The notes beneath the pieces were generated by a model. It did not search any database. It was not told the origin of the DNA and was given only the letters and a program-made list of their open reading frames with translations. A stretch of DNA of 64,000 nucleotides from Tubiluchus corallicola (Eukaryota; Animalia; Priapulida), in the NCBI GenBank assembly GCA_030141605.1, contig JAQGDQ010000700.1, forward strand, positions 46,136 to 110,135. The letters run 5' to 3'. A program made the position numbers and the translations under genes. Every line of letters starts with the position of its first letter. Position 1 is the first letter of the stretch. Positions 24,902-40,399 of this stretch are shown in pieces.

Positions 24902-25248
24902 GCTTGAGGTCTTTGGTGGTTGGTTTCTAGGCCAGAGAGATTTTTCACATATGTTTTTGAAATCAGTGCTAAGGACACCTAAATTTTCAGTAAGCTGGAA
25001 GTCAAACTGGCACAAATGTTTAGGAACAGTGACTGACAAAAGAGATAGGAAGAGAAAAAAATCTGATGTAAAACACATATACACTGTGCATATGCAGACG
25101 AGTGCAAATGTGGACTGGTTTTCTTTGTTTAGAAAGCCGAGCTGAACAAATATTCTTGTTAAACTGTTGCGTGAGGCTCATCCAGCAGCAAATGTTTTGA
25201 GTTGGTTTACTTAAGCAGGCTACAGTGTGCAAGACTTAATACATTTTG

Positions 25249-25369
25249 CCCCCCCCCTCCCTCTCTCTCTCTCCATCTCTCTCTCTCTCCCTCTCTCCCT
25301 CCCTCTCTCTCTCCCTCCCCTCTCTCTCTCTCCTCCCTCCCTCCCCCTCTCTCTCCTCTCTCTCTCTCC

Positions 25370-25407
<38 letters not shown>

Positions 25408-25408
25408 C

Positions 25409-25492
<84 letters not shown>

Positions 25493-25530
25493 CTCTCTTT
25501 CTTTCTCTCGCTCTCTCTTTCTCTCCCTCT

Positions 25531-25588
<58 letters not shown>

Positions 25589-25596
25589 TTTTTTCT
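25249..25596. repeat. (CT)n / polypyrimidine microsatellite
   Basis: Directly visible. Confidence 0.95.
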
Positions 25597-26018
25597 ACCA
25601 TTAAAAACACCACACTTGTACTAAGTGATTCGCTGGAGAAGGTGAAGATGGAAAACCTGTAAGCACTCTCTACTCTAACACTTGAGTCACCAACTCAGCA
25701 GGTTTTTTTGCTGATAGTGCTTTTGTTACTTGGAAATTCACATATAGATATACGCATATCTATATCATCTATGTATGTGTGAGTACACACACACACTTAC
25801 ACTCACACACACACACGCACACGCACGCACACACCAGACACACGTATATTTTTACATTCTTTTTATTATTGGACGACTGCACTGCCATTTTGCAAATTGG
25901 TCATTTGGAACTGTAATCAATGCTTGTCTCATACTCGGATCGTACGTAGATGTGAACAAATATACATTTCAGTTATTTAGTATAATTGTTTTTTAATGAT
26001 TTCTGTTTATTATTTCAG

Positions 26019-27014
26019 GCAGCTATAAATGATTCGGAAAGCAGTCACAGAAATCGAGTCAAAGAAACATCTAATCAGGAATCAGAAACCAAGAAGCGTC
26101 ACAGTCACGTTGCTCTTTCATCAAAAACCACATGGGAGATTTTAGAGGATTTGTATTCGCGCCAAAAACTGAAATTAAGCTCGGCCGAATTGTACCACGT
26201 GGAATTGTTCACCAACGAAGAATTGTTCCAAGAAGTGGACATTCCGGCCGATGAGTTTGGAATGGTGGTCCCAAATATTGTCCATTACATCAGATTTGGA
26301 AATAAGCGCATGTCTTTCATCGAGATGACTTGTCTGAAGTCTGCGTGGAAGAACATTCATCCGAGTCACCTGTACGTGCATTGTGAGGAACCTCCTTTTG
26401 GAGAGTACTGGGACACAGTGAAGGATCTCCCCGGGATCGAGGTGAAAACCAGAGAGAGACCCAAATCGGTCATGGGAAATGCCATTGAAGTTATTGAACA
26501 TGCAGCCGACGTGGCACGGTTGCAGGTCCTGATGGAATATGGCGGTATCTATCTGGACAATGACGTGTATGTTGTGAAAAGCTTTGAACCACTGCGGAAA
26601 TATGAATTCAGCATTGGCTGGCCTAGTCACATGTATATCGGTAATCAGGTCATGGTGGCGTCAAAAGATGCCAGATTTCTGAAATTATATTACAGAACAT
26701 ATCTGTACTTGAACGATTCTGCTTGGTATTATAATGGTGGCGAGTTGCCAACCAAACAGATTCTGTACAAAAATCCATCTCTGGTACACAGAGAGCGTCT
26801 TAAGATGGGCGTTCATCCAAGTCTGATGTATTTCACGTTGATAAAACAACATCGCTGGGAGCGATTTTATTCAATACACTTATTCTACAGGCAGTTCCTT
26901 TTGGAGCAAGATGGACCCTTTGAGGAATACAATATGGACAGCATAAAACAGTTGAACACGTCGTTTGGTGAAATGGCGCGTCTGGTTCACTACGGTTCTA
27001 TTGAGAAATTATGA
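26019..27014 (+). CDS. Glycosyltransferase family 32 (DXD; alpha-1,4-GlcNAc/Gal transferase, A4GNT/A4GALT-like), catalytic exon
   Basis: VVPNIVHYIRFG; AADVARLQVLMEYGGIYLDNDVYVVKSF; IGNQVMVA; acceptor TTATTTCAG|GCA; AATAAA at 27046. Confidence 0.9.
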   Translation, partial: AAINDSESSHRNRVKETSNQESETKKRHSHVALSSKTTWEILEDLYSRQKLKLSSAELYHVELFTNEELFQEVDIPADEFGMVVPNIVHYIRFGNKRMSFIEMTCLKSAWKNIHPSHLYVHCEEPPFGEYWDTVKDLPGIEVKTRERPKSVMGNAIEVIEHAADVARLQVLMEYGGIYLDNDVYVVKSFEPLRKYEFSIGWPSHMYIGNQVMVASKDARFLKLYYRTYLYLNDSAWYYNGGELPTKQILYKNPSLVHRERLKMGVHPSLMYFTLIKQHRWERFYSIHLFYRQFLLEQDGPFEEYNMDSIKQLNTSFGEMARLVHYGSIEKL

Positions 27015-28239
27015 TAGACAGACACGAGAAATTCTTGTGCTCAGGAATAAACTCAACTCATTTTCTGGGGTCTAGCTGTTCAGGTCTTTCTGTTAGTTAG
27101 AATTTGCAAAATTTTAAATAGATTATTTCGTTTGTATTATAACTGTTATCGGGTTTCCAGACTATTTTTGAAAAATTACCAAAGGAGCTCAAACTCTAAA
27201 AGTTGTTCAAAAGAGACGTATTTCTCTTGTGGGTTCAATTCAGCATTGCTGTTTATTATTACTAATGGCCTGACGTTTTTATTTCAATATTTATTTTATA
27301 CGTTATACAATGTTTTTATACAAAATATCCGTCTCTCAGCTCTTTCATATCAGAATTCTTATAGCTACAAAACTGGAATATTAACATTTAACCTTCTTTA
27401 AATAATCCTCTTAACATCTTATGCTTATTTTACTGTTGTCATGTAAATTAGAAAAACATAACATGGAAATCATCAGGTGCGATCGTATTGAATGGAAAAT
27501 TATGCTGTAAGTGGTGGACTTTGTGGCTTTTCGTAAGCGCATTGTGGCTTTCTGTAACCACGCGCAGCTTAAACTAATTCAAACACCTGAAACTTACTTG
27601 AAATTCAGGCAAAAATATCACAAAATTAGCTGTTTATTTTTTGCAAAATTAATAGTGAGCTGTTTTTCTTCAGTCGATGAATGACGTCACTGGTGGAAGA
27701 ATGCGCATTCAAAATGGGAGTGCTTAAAAGCCTGACATAATCGCGACTTTAAAGGGATTTTACTAATTACACGAGCCGCTTATAACAGTTTTATTACTGT
27801 ATCGTTCTGACATTCTGAAATAAACCTATGTTCTCAGAAGGTTTTCTGTCAACCAATTTTAAGCAAATTTTTTTGTTTATTATGTTAGCAAAAAACGCTT
27901 GTGTTTCTAACAAATTGTTAGTTATCTCTCTTAGTTCTCTTGGTTATACAGTGTTTAATTTAACTAGTTCTTAACCGTAGGTGAATAGTTTTATTTATTC
28001 GTTTCTTGCAGCTTGTAGCAGCAATGTGCTTTTAAAACAGACGAAAAATAAATGTTTATCTTATCTTACCTTATAAAAACTAAAATAAAATGATATATAT
28101 GAAACAGCAACAACATGTCGTAATACATGCTCTGTACGTGGACGATGTTTGTATATCCAAAAATGAGGAGAGGTTCATGAAAAAATTGTAAAAGATAAAT
28201 GAAAACGACCAGAGTCATACGAAGCCCATAGGGCGCTCG

Positions 28240-28549
28240 CATAGACACATATTTCCGGGGGCTGGGGAGGGGTGTGTGTTTGATCCACTTTGGCCGAAAA
28301 ATTCAGGGTCAACTTCGAGTCGAAATTGCCTCATCCCACATCCCACCCCATGATCAAAAAAATGCCCGGATTTCGGGCGCTTCATTTGGCGGTATGGAGA
28401 AATTTCGAGATTTCCTTTTATGAAAAACATTATTTCATTTTTTTCATCATTTGGGGGGAGCCCGAAAAATTTGGTGATTGTCCGTAAAGAATGTGCTAAT
28501 CCGGGGGCTGCAGCCCCCCCCCCAAGCTCCCCGGGCTAATACGTCTACG
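28240..28549. mobile_element. Degenerate hAT-like MITE
   Basis: GC-rich island with CATAGAC.. / ..GTCTACG ends and a GGGGGCTGCAGCCCCC subterminal palindrome. Confidence 0.4.
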
Positions 28550-29483
28550 GCAGCTTGAGGGTTACTTTTGCATTTTATCTTTTTTGTTCCCTCGCAGTTT
28601 TTTTCCAGTTTTTCCGCATCTGTTTTTTCACATGTGAAAACTTCGACTAATCTATAAATACAATTTGTTGTAACGTATAGTGATTGCAGCTGAATTTTTA
28701 CCTAAAAAGCTGCAAATTGTAAAAAGTTTAAATCATGCTAAACGCTGTTTGTCACAATCATCGAAGCCACCGTAACTTTCGGACTGATTATCTTTTTTGT
28801 CTCATGAACATGACGTCACAAACTTGCGAGTGTAAGTTCATGAATTTGCAAAGCAAAAGTAGCATATGATTTTCAGTAATCTTTTCCATACCACTGGTGT
28901 TTGTACGGGTCATTTCAAATAGACTTCGCAAGTTAGAAAACCAACTTTTAAAGAAAGTAGCTTAGAAAATGAAAGTGCAAAAATAAATAAGTTAAAGCAG
29001 CAGACCGGTAATAAATCAAACATTAATTAAATTAAATAGTAGAAGTCAAGAAATTGTTCGGACACCATCTCGCTTATCCAGGATGCAGACATAGAGGATT
29101 ATTTTCTCCAATAGTGTGTCACAAATTCCATTTTACAAAAAAAAATTCTTTATTTAAGTAGATGGGGTGAGGAAAGACCATAGGTCATCTAGTCACACAC
29201 CTTATAAATTAATATTGTAATATCAAAAAAATGTGATAATACTGGCTGCAGCATTAGTTAAACATCTAGATGGAATGATCAACACACAGCAGTAAACAAA
29301 AGGAAAATAAAACAAATAGAACAAAAGTAAAATAATCAACATTTCAGTAATAAATGACAATATGAAAAAGGTCGAAATGCCAATCGTTATTATAACAATA
29401 ACGGCATAAGTGAAGAAAAAACAATAGTAAACAAATGCTGATGATGAATAAGTATCACTATAAATCGTTAAGTACGAAATTAA

Positions 29484-29775
<292 letters not shown>

Positions 29776-31651
29776 TTCTTCTGTTTATAAAATTCTTGGC
29801 AACAAAATAATGTATATATGATTATGTAACTGAAAAAGAAATGCAAAAGCAATCCAGAGCGGTTAATTTACGTCAATGCAGACAATTTACTAATTAGACA
29901 AATTATGTAAGTTGGAAATAACAGATTTTCAGATTTTAGATTTATTTATTCCTAACATAATTTTATAATTGCAAATTACATGCAACATTAGTAATAAAAT
30001 AATGTCTGATGTCTAGCGATATGCCTTTGTAAGATGTCACACATGAGCAAAAATATGAAAGGTTATTGTTACAAGGCGCTATTACTTTTATTTGGAACAT
30101 TGGTATGTACATCAGATCAGCTCGTCCATACTGTCATGTAATTTGCTTGTCAGTGATGCGCTGTTGTGAAAACTCACAAAACACTATTGTTTGTAAACAG
30201 TATTTTACTTGAAATCGATTAAAATTGATTAATGATCATTTCAACTGGATGCTCAATTTTTTCCCAAGTTGAAAGTTTTGTTATAATTTCGTTTCACACA
30301 AAAGTTATCTTTCCTTGTCCCATCTTGGAATTGTGATTCTGCCGTTATGTATACAATAGGAAGGGAACCTGCGCCTATACTTATTGCACTAAAATTGAGC
30401 ATTATTTTGTCACGAACACCGTACAAGAAATTTGCTTATTTGACATTTTTCATGACAATTATTGTTAATGATCATTATGATTGTCACGCGCGGCACTAAC
30501 GCTAATTCATAATGCATTAATTATGTAACTAATACTCCCTTATATTATATTCACGCGCGACGTTAATGTAATTATATTAATAAACTATAAACGTATTAAT
30601 TATGTAACTAATAATCCGTTATATTAATTGTTTATAAACAGCTATAATTACAATGTATACAGGTGGAAGTGTAATAGAGAGAGGGGAGAGAGAGAAAGAG
30701 GGTGAGAAAATTGTTTTTTACACTTCAGTAACGATGTAGTGGTATAATTGTGATACTGTGACTGTTTGTAGTGTACTACTATAAGTGAAATATATGTAAT
30801 ACACAGATATATATTAAAGTTTAACTCCATGAGTTGAAAATACAAATATATATGTTTTAAGTGATTGAATGGAAACCGAAGATTAAATAATATATATACA
30901 TACATATATTATTATTTGTTTATTTGTTTATTTATTTCACATCAACACAAATACACAATTAATACATTAAAAGAAACAAAAAGTTATCAATAATTCAATG
31001 AATAACAAACAGTAAGATACATAATAGGAAGCAAATTTTGGAAAACATGATTTAAACTGTCTTCAGACGTAAGTCAACTTATGGTAAACAAAGATAGTGA
31101 TATCACTACTTCCTTTAATACTGGTGTCTAAACAACGTTATGTACAGCATCATTACAAATATACTAACTTGACTCTCAAAACACTGTGGGGTTGAAAGAT
31201 AAACAAGAGAATTATCGCTGTTGTATGTTGTAAAACTTCACAAGTTTTAAGATAAAAATTCAAATTTCAAATTTACCGCTGTGCTCACGTATGAGCTCTC
31301 GAACGTGTAAACGTCACAACTAAACACCTCTAAACTGAAAGGCACAGCGCCTATTCATTGTGCAACGAAATGCAGGCTTTAGTGCCCATCTAACTAACGA
31401 ATGGTGACATGTAACAGCGAAAAACTAGCCGCGCGAACGCGAAATTACGTTTACGGGCAATAATTCTTTCACGCAAGCAGTTCTTGCAAACATAGCATAT
31501 TCCGTTTCAAGAGTAGATTGCTTTCACCTATAGTTTAAGATTGGGTCCGGTTTTCCTTTAATCATAACATCATGAATGTGCATAACACGGCGACATCTAC
31601 TGACAAGAAGGAGGAAGCAAAGCAAAAGTAACTTTAATACGTACATGTACT

Positions 31652-32052
31652 TTATTGCTTTTCACACACAAATGGCAGGTTTTCTGATTCATAGTGATCC
31701 CCGTAAGTAGCTGCGTTGACAGTAAAGAGGTAATTTTCACCAGTCCTGGCTTGAGGTTCCGCCCATCCTACACTGTACCATGGGAGGGCTGCACAGGCGT
31801 CCACTGCCATCCCCGTGGCTTCCCATACGTAATTTCCTTCATCTGCGACATCTGTCCCGCTTGTGAAGAAAGTTGTAGGTAGGTAGGAAAAAATGTAAGC
31901 CAGTTCTGAGGGCGATTCGAAGCTAACTAAATCAGCTCCTTTGTCAAAACACACCTGGCGGGCGTTAATCCAACCATTAACTCCTGTTGTGCTTAAATAA
32001 TAGCAAGAACCTCGAAATTCCAGAAATTCCGATGGACAGTCGCCAATGTTAC
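31652..32052 (-). CDS. PAN/apple-C-type lectin gene, exon 2 (C-type lectin domain)
   Basis: Acceptor TTTTTGCAG|; CPSEFLEFRGSCYYLS..WINARQVCFDKGADLVSFES..EGNYVWE..WAEPQ..LPFVCEK*. Confidence 0.88.
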
Positions 32053-32252
32053 CTGCAAAAAATCAAATGTTAAAAATATATGGCGTCATGTAACTGTTAA
32101 ATGTAAATTTAGAATTTGATGTTTCAGAAATTTCCATTAGAAAGAAAGCAGAATGATGATTGCATTTGTCGCAGCGCGGGAATATTGTAGGAATTATGTT
32201 CACTAGTAAAATTAATATATCACACATTATAAACAGAAATTGGCAAACTTAC

Positions 32253-32553
32253 TCCTCTCGTAAAAATTGAAATTGAGTTTTGGAGTTTGGGCTGAGTCAT
32301 TTGCCGCGTATGCACTGAGGTCACACTGGAACGTGTTGTCGCTGGGACCAAAGTTGAAACCAATGCACCATGGTTGCCTATTACACAGATTGGCACAACC
32401 AAGCATACTTCGAGTATATCTCGTCTCAAGTACACACTCTGACACGATTTTATCTATCAAGACCTTGCTATAAGCGGTTTTATCAGTTGCTAAACCAAGC
32501 CAGGCACATCCCAGCACAGAAAGCAGACAAGTTCCAAGATTCTTCCAAATCAT
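32253..32553 (-). CDS. PAN/apple-C-type lectin gene, exon 1 (signal peptide + PAN/apple domain); spliced product ~233 aa
   Basis: ATG 32553; signal MIWKNLGTCLLSVLGCAWLGLA; TRSMLGCANLCNRQPWCIGFNF..CDL; donor A|GTAAGT, phase 1 matches exon 2. Confidence 0.85.
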
Positions 32554-32989
32554 CTCGTCACCAATAACGAATCAAGTGATGAAATTGATGTCTGAATCCA
32601 TTGTAATATGTTCAGATGTGTTATTATCGCATAGCATTGCGCATTTAACGCTTAACGACTAATAAGCTTGACCATCGTGTTTACTGTTCGTGAATGAAAA
32701 CCATGGAGACAATGTATGGCATGAAGCAACTCATTAGGAACTGCCTATAGATATTACTGAGCAACTATCAGCGTTAATTGTTAATGGAAGTACAGAGAAT
32801 TGAAAAAAGAACTTTGCCAATGAATTTTATTGTATTTTGACGAAACGAGTTAAAATACAGTAAAGGCTGATTTAAAGGTCATTTATTGCATTTTGTAGAC
32901 ATTTACTTTATTAAGTTTGTCTTATAATTTTTGTAAATTTCAACTTTTTATTGCAAATGTACTATATGAACTTAGTGTTTGAAATCAAA

Positions 32990-33860
<871 letters not shown>

Positions 33861-35157
33861 AACCCCCGCCCAAATATGGAAGAAACCGAAAGGAATAATC
33901 AAAAATTAACAAAACAATGAGAATGAGTATTTAATTCTGAGTAAAGAACATTTTTATTATGTTTGGTACCGTTTTCATTCGTATCTGTGACAGCCTAATT
34001 ACACAGAGATACAACACATGTTGGTCTTCCAACGGGAATAGCGTGCCAGAAGTAAAATTATATTAGCCAAACCACGCAAAAGCATAAATTTACATTCTAA
34101 TCAATAATGAGCAAACATTCTACGTGGATTTTCTTATTGTTCCTTTTAGATGGTAATAGACTAATTGCATATAAGATTTATAGTATATATTTTGTGGAGA
34201 GGGATAGCTGAATGGCCGCAATATATGCTGGGAGACAATAGAGTCATTCAGGTAGTTGCATTCACCATTCTGACCATTCTTCCGTTTAGGGAAGATGTTG
34301 CGCTTCTGAACGGGTAGCTGATAGAAACCTCTTACATTCAACATCGATGAACCACGTTCAGGTCCTACCATTCAACTATCCACATTAAGTAGAGTTTTCA
34401 GTTGTCTTTGATTTCAGGCTGTAGTGTAGCGAACTATATTAAAAGTAAAGAAAATGAGCGCGCAGAATCATTGCGTTTTAGAGGCAGTATCATTAGATTA
34501 GGGCTTGCTTTAAGGCTAAGCAAAAATTTGTGTGTAACAGTGTGTAATAGCAGAGTGGTTATAAAAATCGCGAAATTAATAAAATCTGTGAAAAGAGTTG
34601 TTCAGTATTTTATGCTGAAAGTCACGAATATCACGCAAAATGACGAATTCGAATCTGACGTTCTGCATATTTTGTTAAAAGATATTCCTTATTGAAAGAA
34701 ATTCTAAATTAATTATTAGTCAGTTGTACGGAAGTGGTGCTGACAAACCACTGGCATAGCAGTGTCTAGTTTTTTGCAGGATTATTTGTCTTGAGGGCAG
34801 GTTTCTTTTATTTTAGAATTCTGTCAGCCCAATGTCTACAACAGACATAATGGTAATAATAATTATGATGGTGATAAAATTAGTAAGCTGGTGTCACTGT
34901 CTGACTTACACACAAAGAACGTGTATTCTAGCACAAGGTAACAATTTCCGAAACTCAAGCAGGAAGACATTTATAGAGGAACAGATATTACTGAAAATGG
35001 TTACCTCTTGTACAACAGTAAGTTTTTTTACGTAATATGTTATAATAATGGATACCAATGAAAATATTACGTTCAAGCAATTCCAGAAGAACATTAACTT
35101 GCAGATGTTAGAATGGAATCTGATACGTCTTTGGTCGACATCCCCACTTATGCCACC

Positions 35158-35197
35158 ATGATTATGATGCTAGCCTCGAACATCACTCTTTTTACAG
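35158..35197 (+). CDS. Candidate signal-peptide exon of Ig receptor gene A (tentative)
   Basis: GCCACCATG context; MIMMLASNITLFT + phase-1 donor CAG|GTACAT would join to VKG-ADNEN of exon 40096; alternatives exist. Confidence 0.25.
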
Positions 35198-37204
35198 GTA
35201 CATAAAAATTATTGCAAGGGCTACATAAAAATGCCAACTCAGTCCAAGTGTCATTTATTTGTATTTAGCTGAAAATTTAGATTTCATTAGTGACGTAATT
35301 ACCAGTACTAATTTGCTAATTTCAATAACAATGAAAATAATGAAATAGGGTACTGAATTTAAACGCTGTTCAAGCTTATAAATCTTTCATTGGTGCATGA
35401 AAATATTGGAAAGAGTAACACACCAAGAGTAATAATCTGTCATATTAGAGCAAATTGCTATAATTATGTACCCCCTATTTCTGAAATTAGAGATAGTTTA
35501 TGATATTTTATTTTTATTATTATTGTTATTTAAAGTAACGGCAGTTTCTGACTTTCAGCTTGCTAAATGCCAGTACTTACATCTAAATGTGGGTGTCAAC
35601 TATCAAGTCTCAGAGGTCACGTGGGCAAAAAAGCATTTCGAATTAACGTTGATACTGCAAATCAGTTTTTTATGTCTGGTGGACTCCCGGAAAACGTAAA
35701 CGGAATGAGAATGATAAATATCGTCTGTTTACGTTCGTGTGTACTGCTGCTTGTACCATTACAGTATTATGGTGCAGAAACTTTTTATTAAGCCAAGCAA
35801 GTCAGCCTTGAATGAAATTTTTGAATTCTTTCGCTAGTTGTCTGGGTTTTAATTTTTTATAACTTTGTTTCTCTCTAAGAGTACCAATAAGTAATAATGA
35901 CAGCTTATTTTCCCCGCTACGGTGGTTTGTTGGATAGCGTGACAGGAAATTATAATGTAAATTGTGGGTGATTGAAATAATTTTACGTAATGATCGACTA
36001 ACCTACGCTCAATCATTGTGTCCGAAATCTATTCGCTTGAATTGCCAAACGGTATGCGTAACACATTGAAAGACATGAAACCAAAGCTGATTGTCATCAA
36101 ATTGTTTCCCTTGACAGTATTTTCATTGAGTAAATTCCTTTGCTTAAAGTATCGTACAATTACGTCTGGCATACATGTCACTGAGAGTAGTTAACAACCC
36201 TCAGAACGTATTTGCATAAAGTAAAAATGCTGCACCAATTTTTTTTATTTTTGTTTTAGTAAAGTAACTCGTGGTTTAAAAAGGTTGTTTTAAAGAGCTA
36301 AGCAATTTACTTTTGTTGTCGTTGATTGTGCAATGATGGTAGTATATCGTTAAGACATCATAAGTAGTATTATTTTTGTAGCATTCAGAATGTGAAGACT
36401 GAAAAGCCTGAAATACTGATAAGTTTAATTGCTCTCTTTCTCTAACAAAGAATTTATAGAAATTATTCTTCTATGCATACTTAGTCTTTACATAGTATAC
36501 ATATAGAATCTATATCTGCACGTGCAATCTACAGAATATTTTTCTCTTTTTCTGTAACAATTTCTGCCATTTTTTGCATAATTGTGTGTGTAGTTTTGGA
36601 GTGAGTGCATCATTTTGGTGAATACAAAGTGGTTAGTTGTTCACAAAAATGTATATTTATTGAAAATATGCTTTGGTTGTGTGTCACATAAGGACACTCA
36701 CAGTAAATTTACATGTGAAATTAACATACATACAAGCAAAGTGACACAGTAAGGTGTTTTTAAAGGGTGGGCAGGTATATAATTATTTACTTAGATACAC
36801 TATGTGTCACAGGAGATGATCAAATACTATTAGGTTTTGCATGTTGCTCCTTACATGAAGTTCAAATATGCAACTACAGTAGGACCCGGTTATAATAGGC
36901 TAGGCAGATAAAATGCCTTTTCTTGAAGTTTTCAATGATTTTGTCTCTTTGAAAGTTTTCTAAATTTTTACCAGCACTTTCTTCAAATATGTGATTTTTT
37001 CAAGATGCTGTATATAAATTTGGCAAGCTAACCTGTGTTCACTCTTCATTATACCCACAATAGTCCTTATTAGAAGATGGTAAAGATGTTGTGTCTGGTG
37101 ACTGGCACAGGATGACACGGGATAAGTTGGCAAATATTTCAATAGAACATTCTTGGTAAGTGTATACGTTAGTTCAAACCTTAAGCAGGTATTCCTCTCT
37201 TTGT

Positions 37205-37368
<164 letters not shown>

Positions 37369-39143
37369 CTTCTTTATAATACTTTTGTATTGTTATTGAG
37401 GTCTTTTGTTATTGGTTCTCTTCCATGATCGTTTTGTAGTATATTGTGTTGGTAAAAATACATTGAATTGCAGGTTTGGAGTTCAAGTCTGTTTATTTTA
37501 AGATAAATTTTTTTCTGTTTTGACTGTTCCAACCTTAACACTTTGATAAGAAATATAAATGATAAGGCAATTATCCAATTAGTCAAACTTTGTAGCAGTT
37601 TAATGCTTGCTTCACCAGAGACAGAGTGCATGAAAGACAGAGTGTTTACAAAGCGACTGTCCAAAAGTTACTGCCTTTTTGTCAGCTTTTTAGTTACCTT
37701 TTTTAACAGCAAAATGCTTCACTGAATCAGGAAGCTGTTTTGGCTAGGCGACATTCATGATTTACTGCTTGGTACAGTTACTAAGTAGGTGTCCTAGTGG
37801 CGATAGTTTGTACAAATCAAAGAGCAGAAAATGCTTCAGAAAAAACAGAGAAATCAATAACCCTATAACAGTATGAACTATGAAACCCTGCAACTTTTTA
37901 ATCATTGGTGCTTAATTAAGTAGTAGCAGACTTTACATTGAACTCTTTGGTAAACTTGATGTGTTATAACTGCCTTCTGTACAAATAAATAGAATTGGGT
38001 TTCTTTACCTGCCTTGTTTTTCAATGCTTGTTGATGAAGAACTTTAATGAAATGGGAAATCAGTCAAGTTCTTCAAAAAATGGCAAATATTTTCTCTGTT
38101 TATCACAGAAATTCATATTACAGTTGACGAAACATAAATGAGGAAAAAAGATTTCTCCTGGATGCTGAGAATTTTTAACAATATCTCTGCTTTTCTAGTA
38201 AGATGTAGTCAATGTTGCTTGATGGTGGCACATAAAGGCTGAGTAACTAACAGAGACATGAAATGTATCTGTTATGCTTAGCATGTGCCTTGGCTTTTCT
38301 TGCAATAGGTACGTCTGCAGATAAATGTAGCTTTGATCACGATAAGTGAAATTTTAATTAAAACTATCTACAGTTTGGAATGTGTTGTAGTGCTATTTTT
38401 CAATGTGAATTGTATTATCTGACAGTCAAACTTCAATTTAAGTTTCGATTTGTGAAACTAATTTGTTAACTTCAAGTGTATTTATAATTGAACAATTGAG
38501 TAACTTTCTGTAGATTGCAATTAATTACTTAGGGTGTAAAGCTTATATTTTTTAATAGACACATTTTTATTAGCGAAACAAATAACCATTGGCCACAGTT
38601 TGCAGTGAAAAAAGGTCTCAGGAAGAAAAAGGACATTACAGGCCATGTAGCTATTAGTAGGTGAATGTAATTAGGTAAATTTTAAGTAAGCTATTGTATT
38701 TAATGCACCGTTCAGCAGTTTGCAGCATTCCTAGTTAATATGGGTAGTTATGGAAAGACCAGTACCTATCTCATTATCATTACCAGTCCTGTAAAATCAG
38801 ATACATTTCAAGGTAGAGATTCCACCAACAAAGTACATATAGCCACCTGAGTGGGAAGTAGTGTAACATGCGAAACCACTCACCAGCTGTTTTCCTGGCA
38901 GACACTCATCCATTTACTGTTTAGTGTTGCTTAACTCACGCGTTTCCTTGACCAAAATGTGCAGGGGAACCTGATTGGTGACGAGATCTGCATCTGCTTA
39001 ACCTATGTTTTCTTATTGTAGTTTATGGTTTTAATAACATAACCCAGTGTGTACCAACAATACTAGTACTAAGTTCAGAAGTACCAAGTTCAGAAGTACT
39101 AAAACCAGGATTATGAGCTGGTGAGGTCTTTAATTGGAACGTC

Positions 39144-39600
39144 TTAAGTGAACAGAAATGTCTCTGTATTTTTGATATCAAATGGTGTGTTGATAAGACC
39201 TTTTTGGATGAAATTGATGTAAGTCAGCAGCTGTTCTCCTTGCAATTTCTTTTCTTTCTGCAGTGTTTCTTTGAAAACTGATTTTAATGGACTGTCATGT
39301 GGTAGTCGTATAACATGTCTTATCCATCTTAATCTTCTCCTTTTGATTTTATCTGTCCATTCCTCTACCTTGACTCTATTATACATATCCTGGTTTGATA
39401 TTTTCTTTGGCCAGTTTGTTCTTAGAATGTTCCTGTAGTTTCTTCTTTGAAATGCTTCAATTTCTGATTTGTGTTGTGCTTTGATTGTCCATAATTCTGA
39501 GTTATAGAAGTACGCAGTTTCCACAAGTGCAGCAAAGATTCTTAATTTTGTTTCTAGACTAGCCCTCTTACTTTCAAATTTTTTTGTTAATTTAGAATAT
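39144..39600 (-). mobile_element. RTE-clade LINE ORF2 C-terminal remnant
   Basis: YNSELWTIK..IEAFQRRNYRNILRTNWPKKISNQDMY..IKRRRLRWIRHVIRL. Confidence 0.78.
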
Positions 39601-40095
39601 GCAGCTAAGTGTTAAGATTTTAAACTCAATCACTAAAGCACTGAACAACTGTGCAAGTGTTCACAGCACTGTGCCTGGCATGCGACCTAGGGCAAACTTC
39701 AACAGAATGCTGATGGCAAGTATATAAAAGCAATTAGGGGAAACCAGGTTTGGAGGGGAAAGAACCTAAAATGGAATAATTAGTTAATTCTGAATAGAAA
39801 AACTTGCACAAAAATAAAGTGGTCTTTCTTAAGTCACATGACTGATGATATGTCATGAAGTATGAACTTTTACTGATGGAGAAAGAAGTTATTAGCAGAA
39901 ATGTGCATAGCAAAATGTGTTTGTTACATAAATCAGCTTAGTCTTGACTTTCTCATGTGCCTCACGCGCATATTCTGTTACTCATTGTTTCATTAAAATA
40001 GAATAGAGTTATATGTAAACTAAGGTAAAGTTAAAGTAAAGTAAAGTAAGTTAAGTAAAGCAAAATAAAGCAAAGCAAAGTATGTTTATTTTTAG

Positions 40096-40251
40096 TTAAA
40101 GGAGCTGATAATGAGAATGTAATGTTGTGGAATGGAAAGCCTATTACGGGGGACACGTTTACTTTTAAACATACGGATGATGGTGAATTTCAGTGCGGAG
40201 CAGTGAATGTTACTCACCCGACAAATTTGGATACTATTTCTTGGTATCTAG
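40096..40251 (+). CDS. Ig receptor gene A: N-terminal half of a C2-set Ig domain
   Basis: TTTTAG| ..KGADNENVMLWNGKPITGDTFTFKHTDDGEFQCGAVNVTHPTNLDTISWYL G|GTATGT; phase 1-1; not in the ORF track. Confidence 0.75.
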
Positions 40252-40399
40252 GTATGTATGTGTTTGGCATTTTAGGTTAAGAGTGTGTTTACTAAATCCA
40301 AACCGGCCCTACGTATTGCTAGCATTTTGTTCTTTTTCTCACCCTAGGTGGCATGTATATAATTAAGATACCTAGCAACATGTTAGGTATTACTAAATA

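Noticed and set aside
36975-37155. Stop-codon recoding or A-to-I editing (TAG/TGA to Trp) rescuing the exon-like segment
   Set aside because: The end phase also does not fit the neighbouring exons; simple decay is more parsimonious
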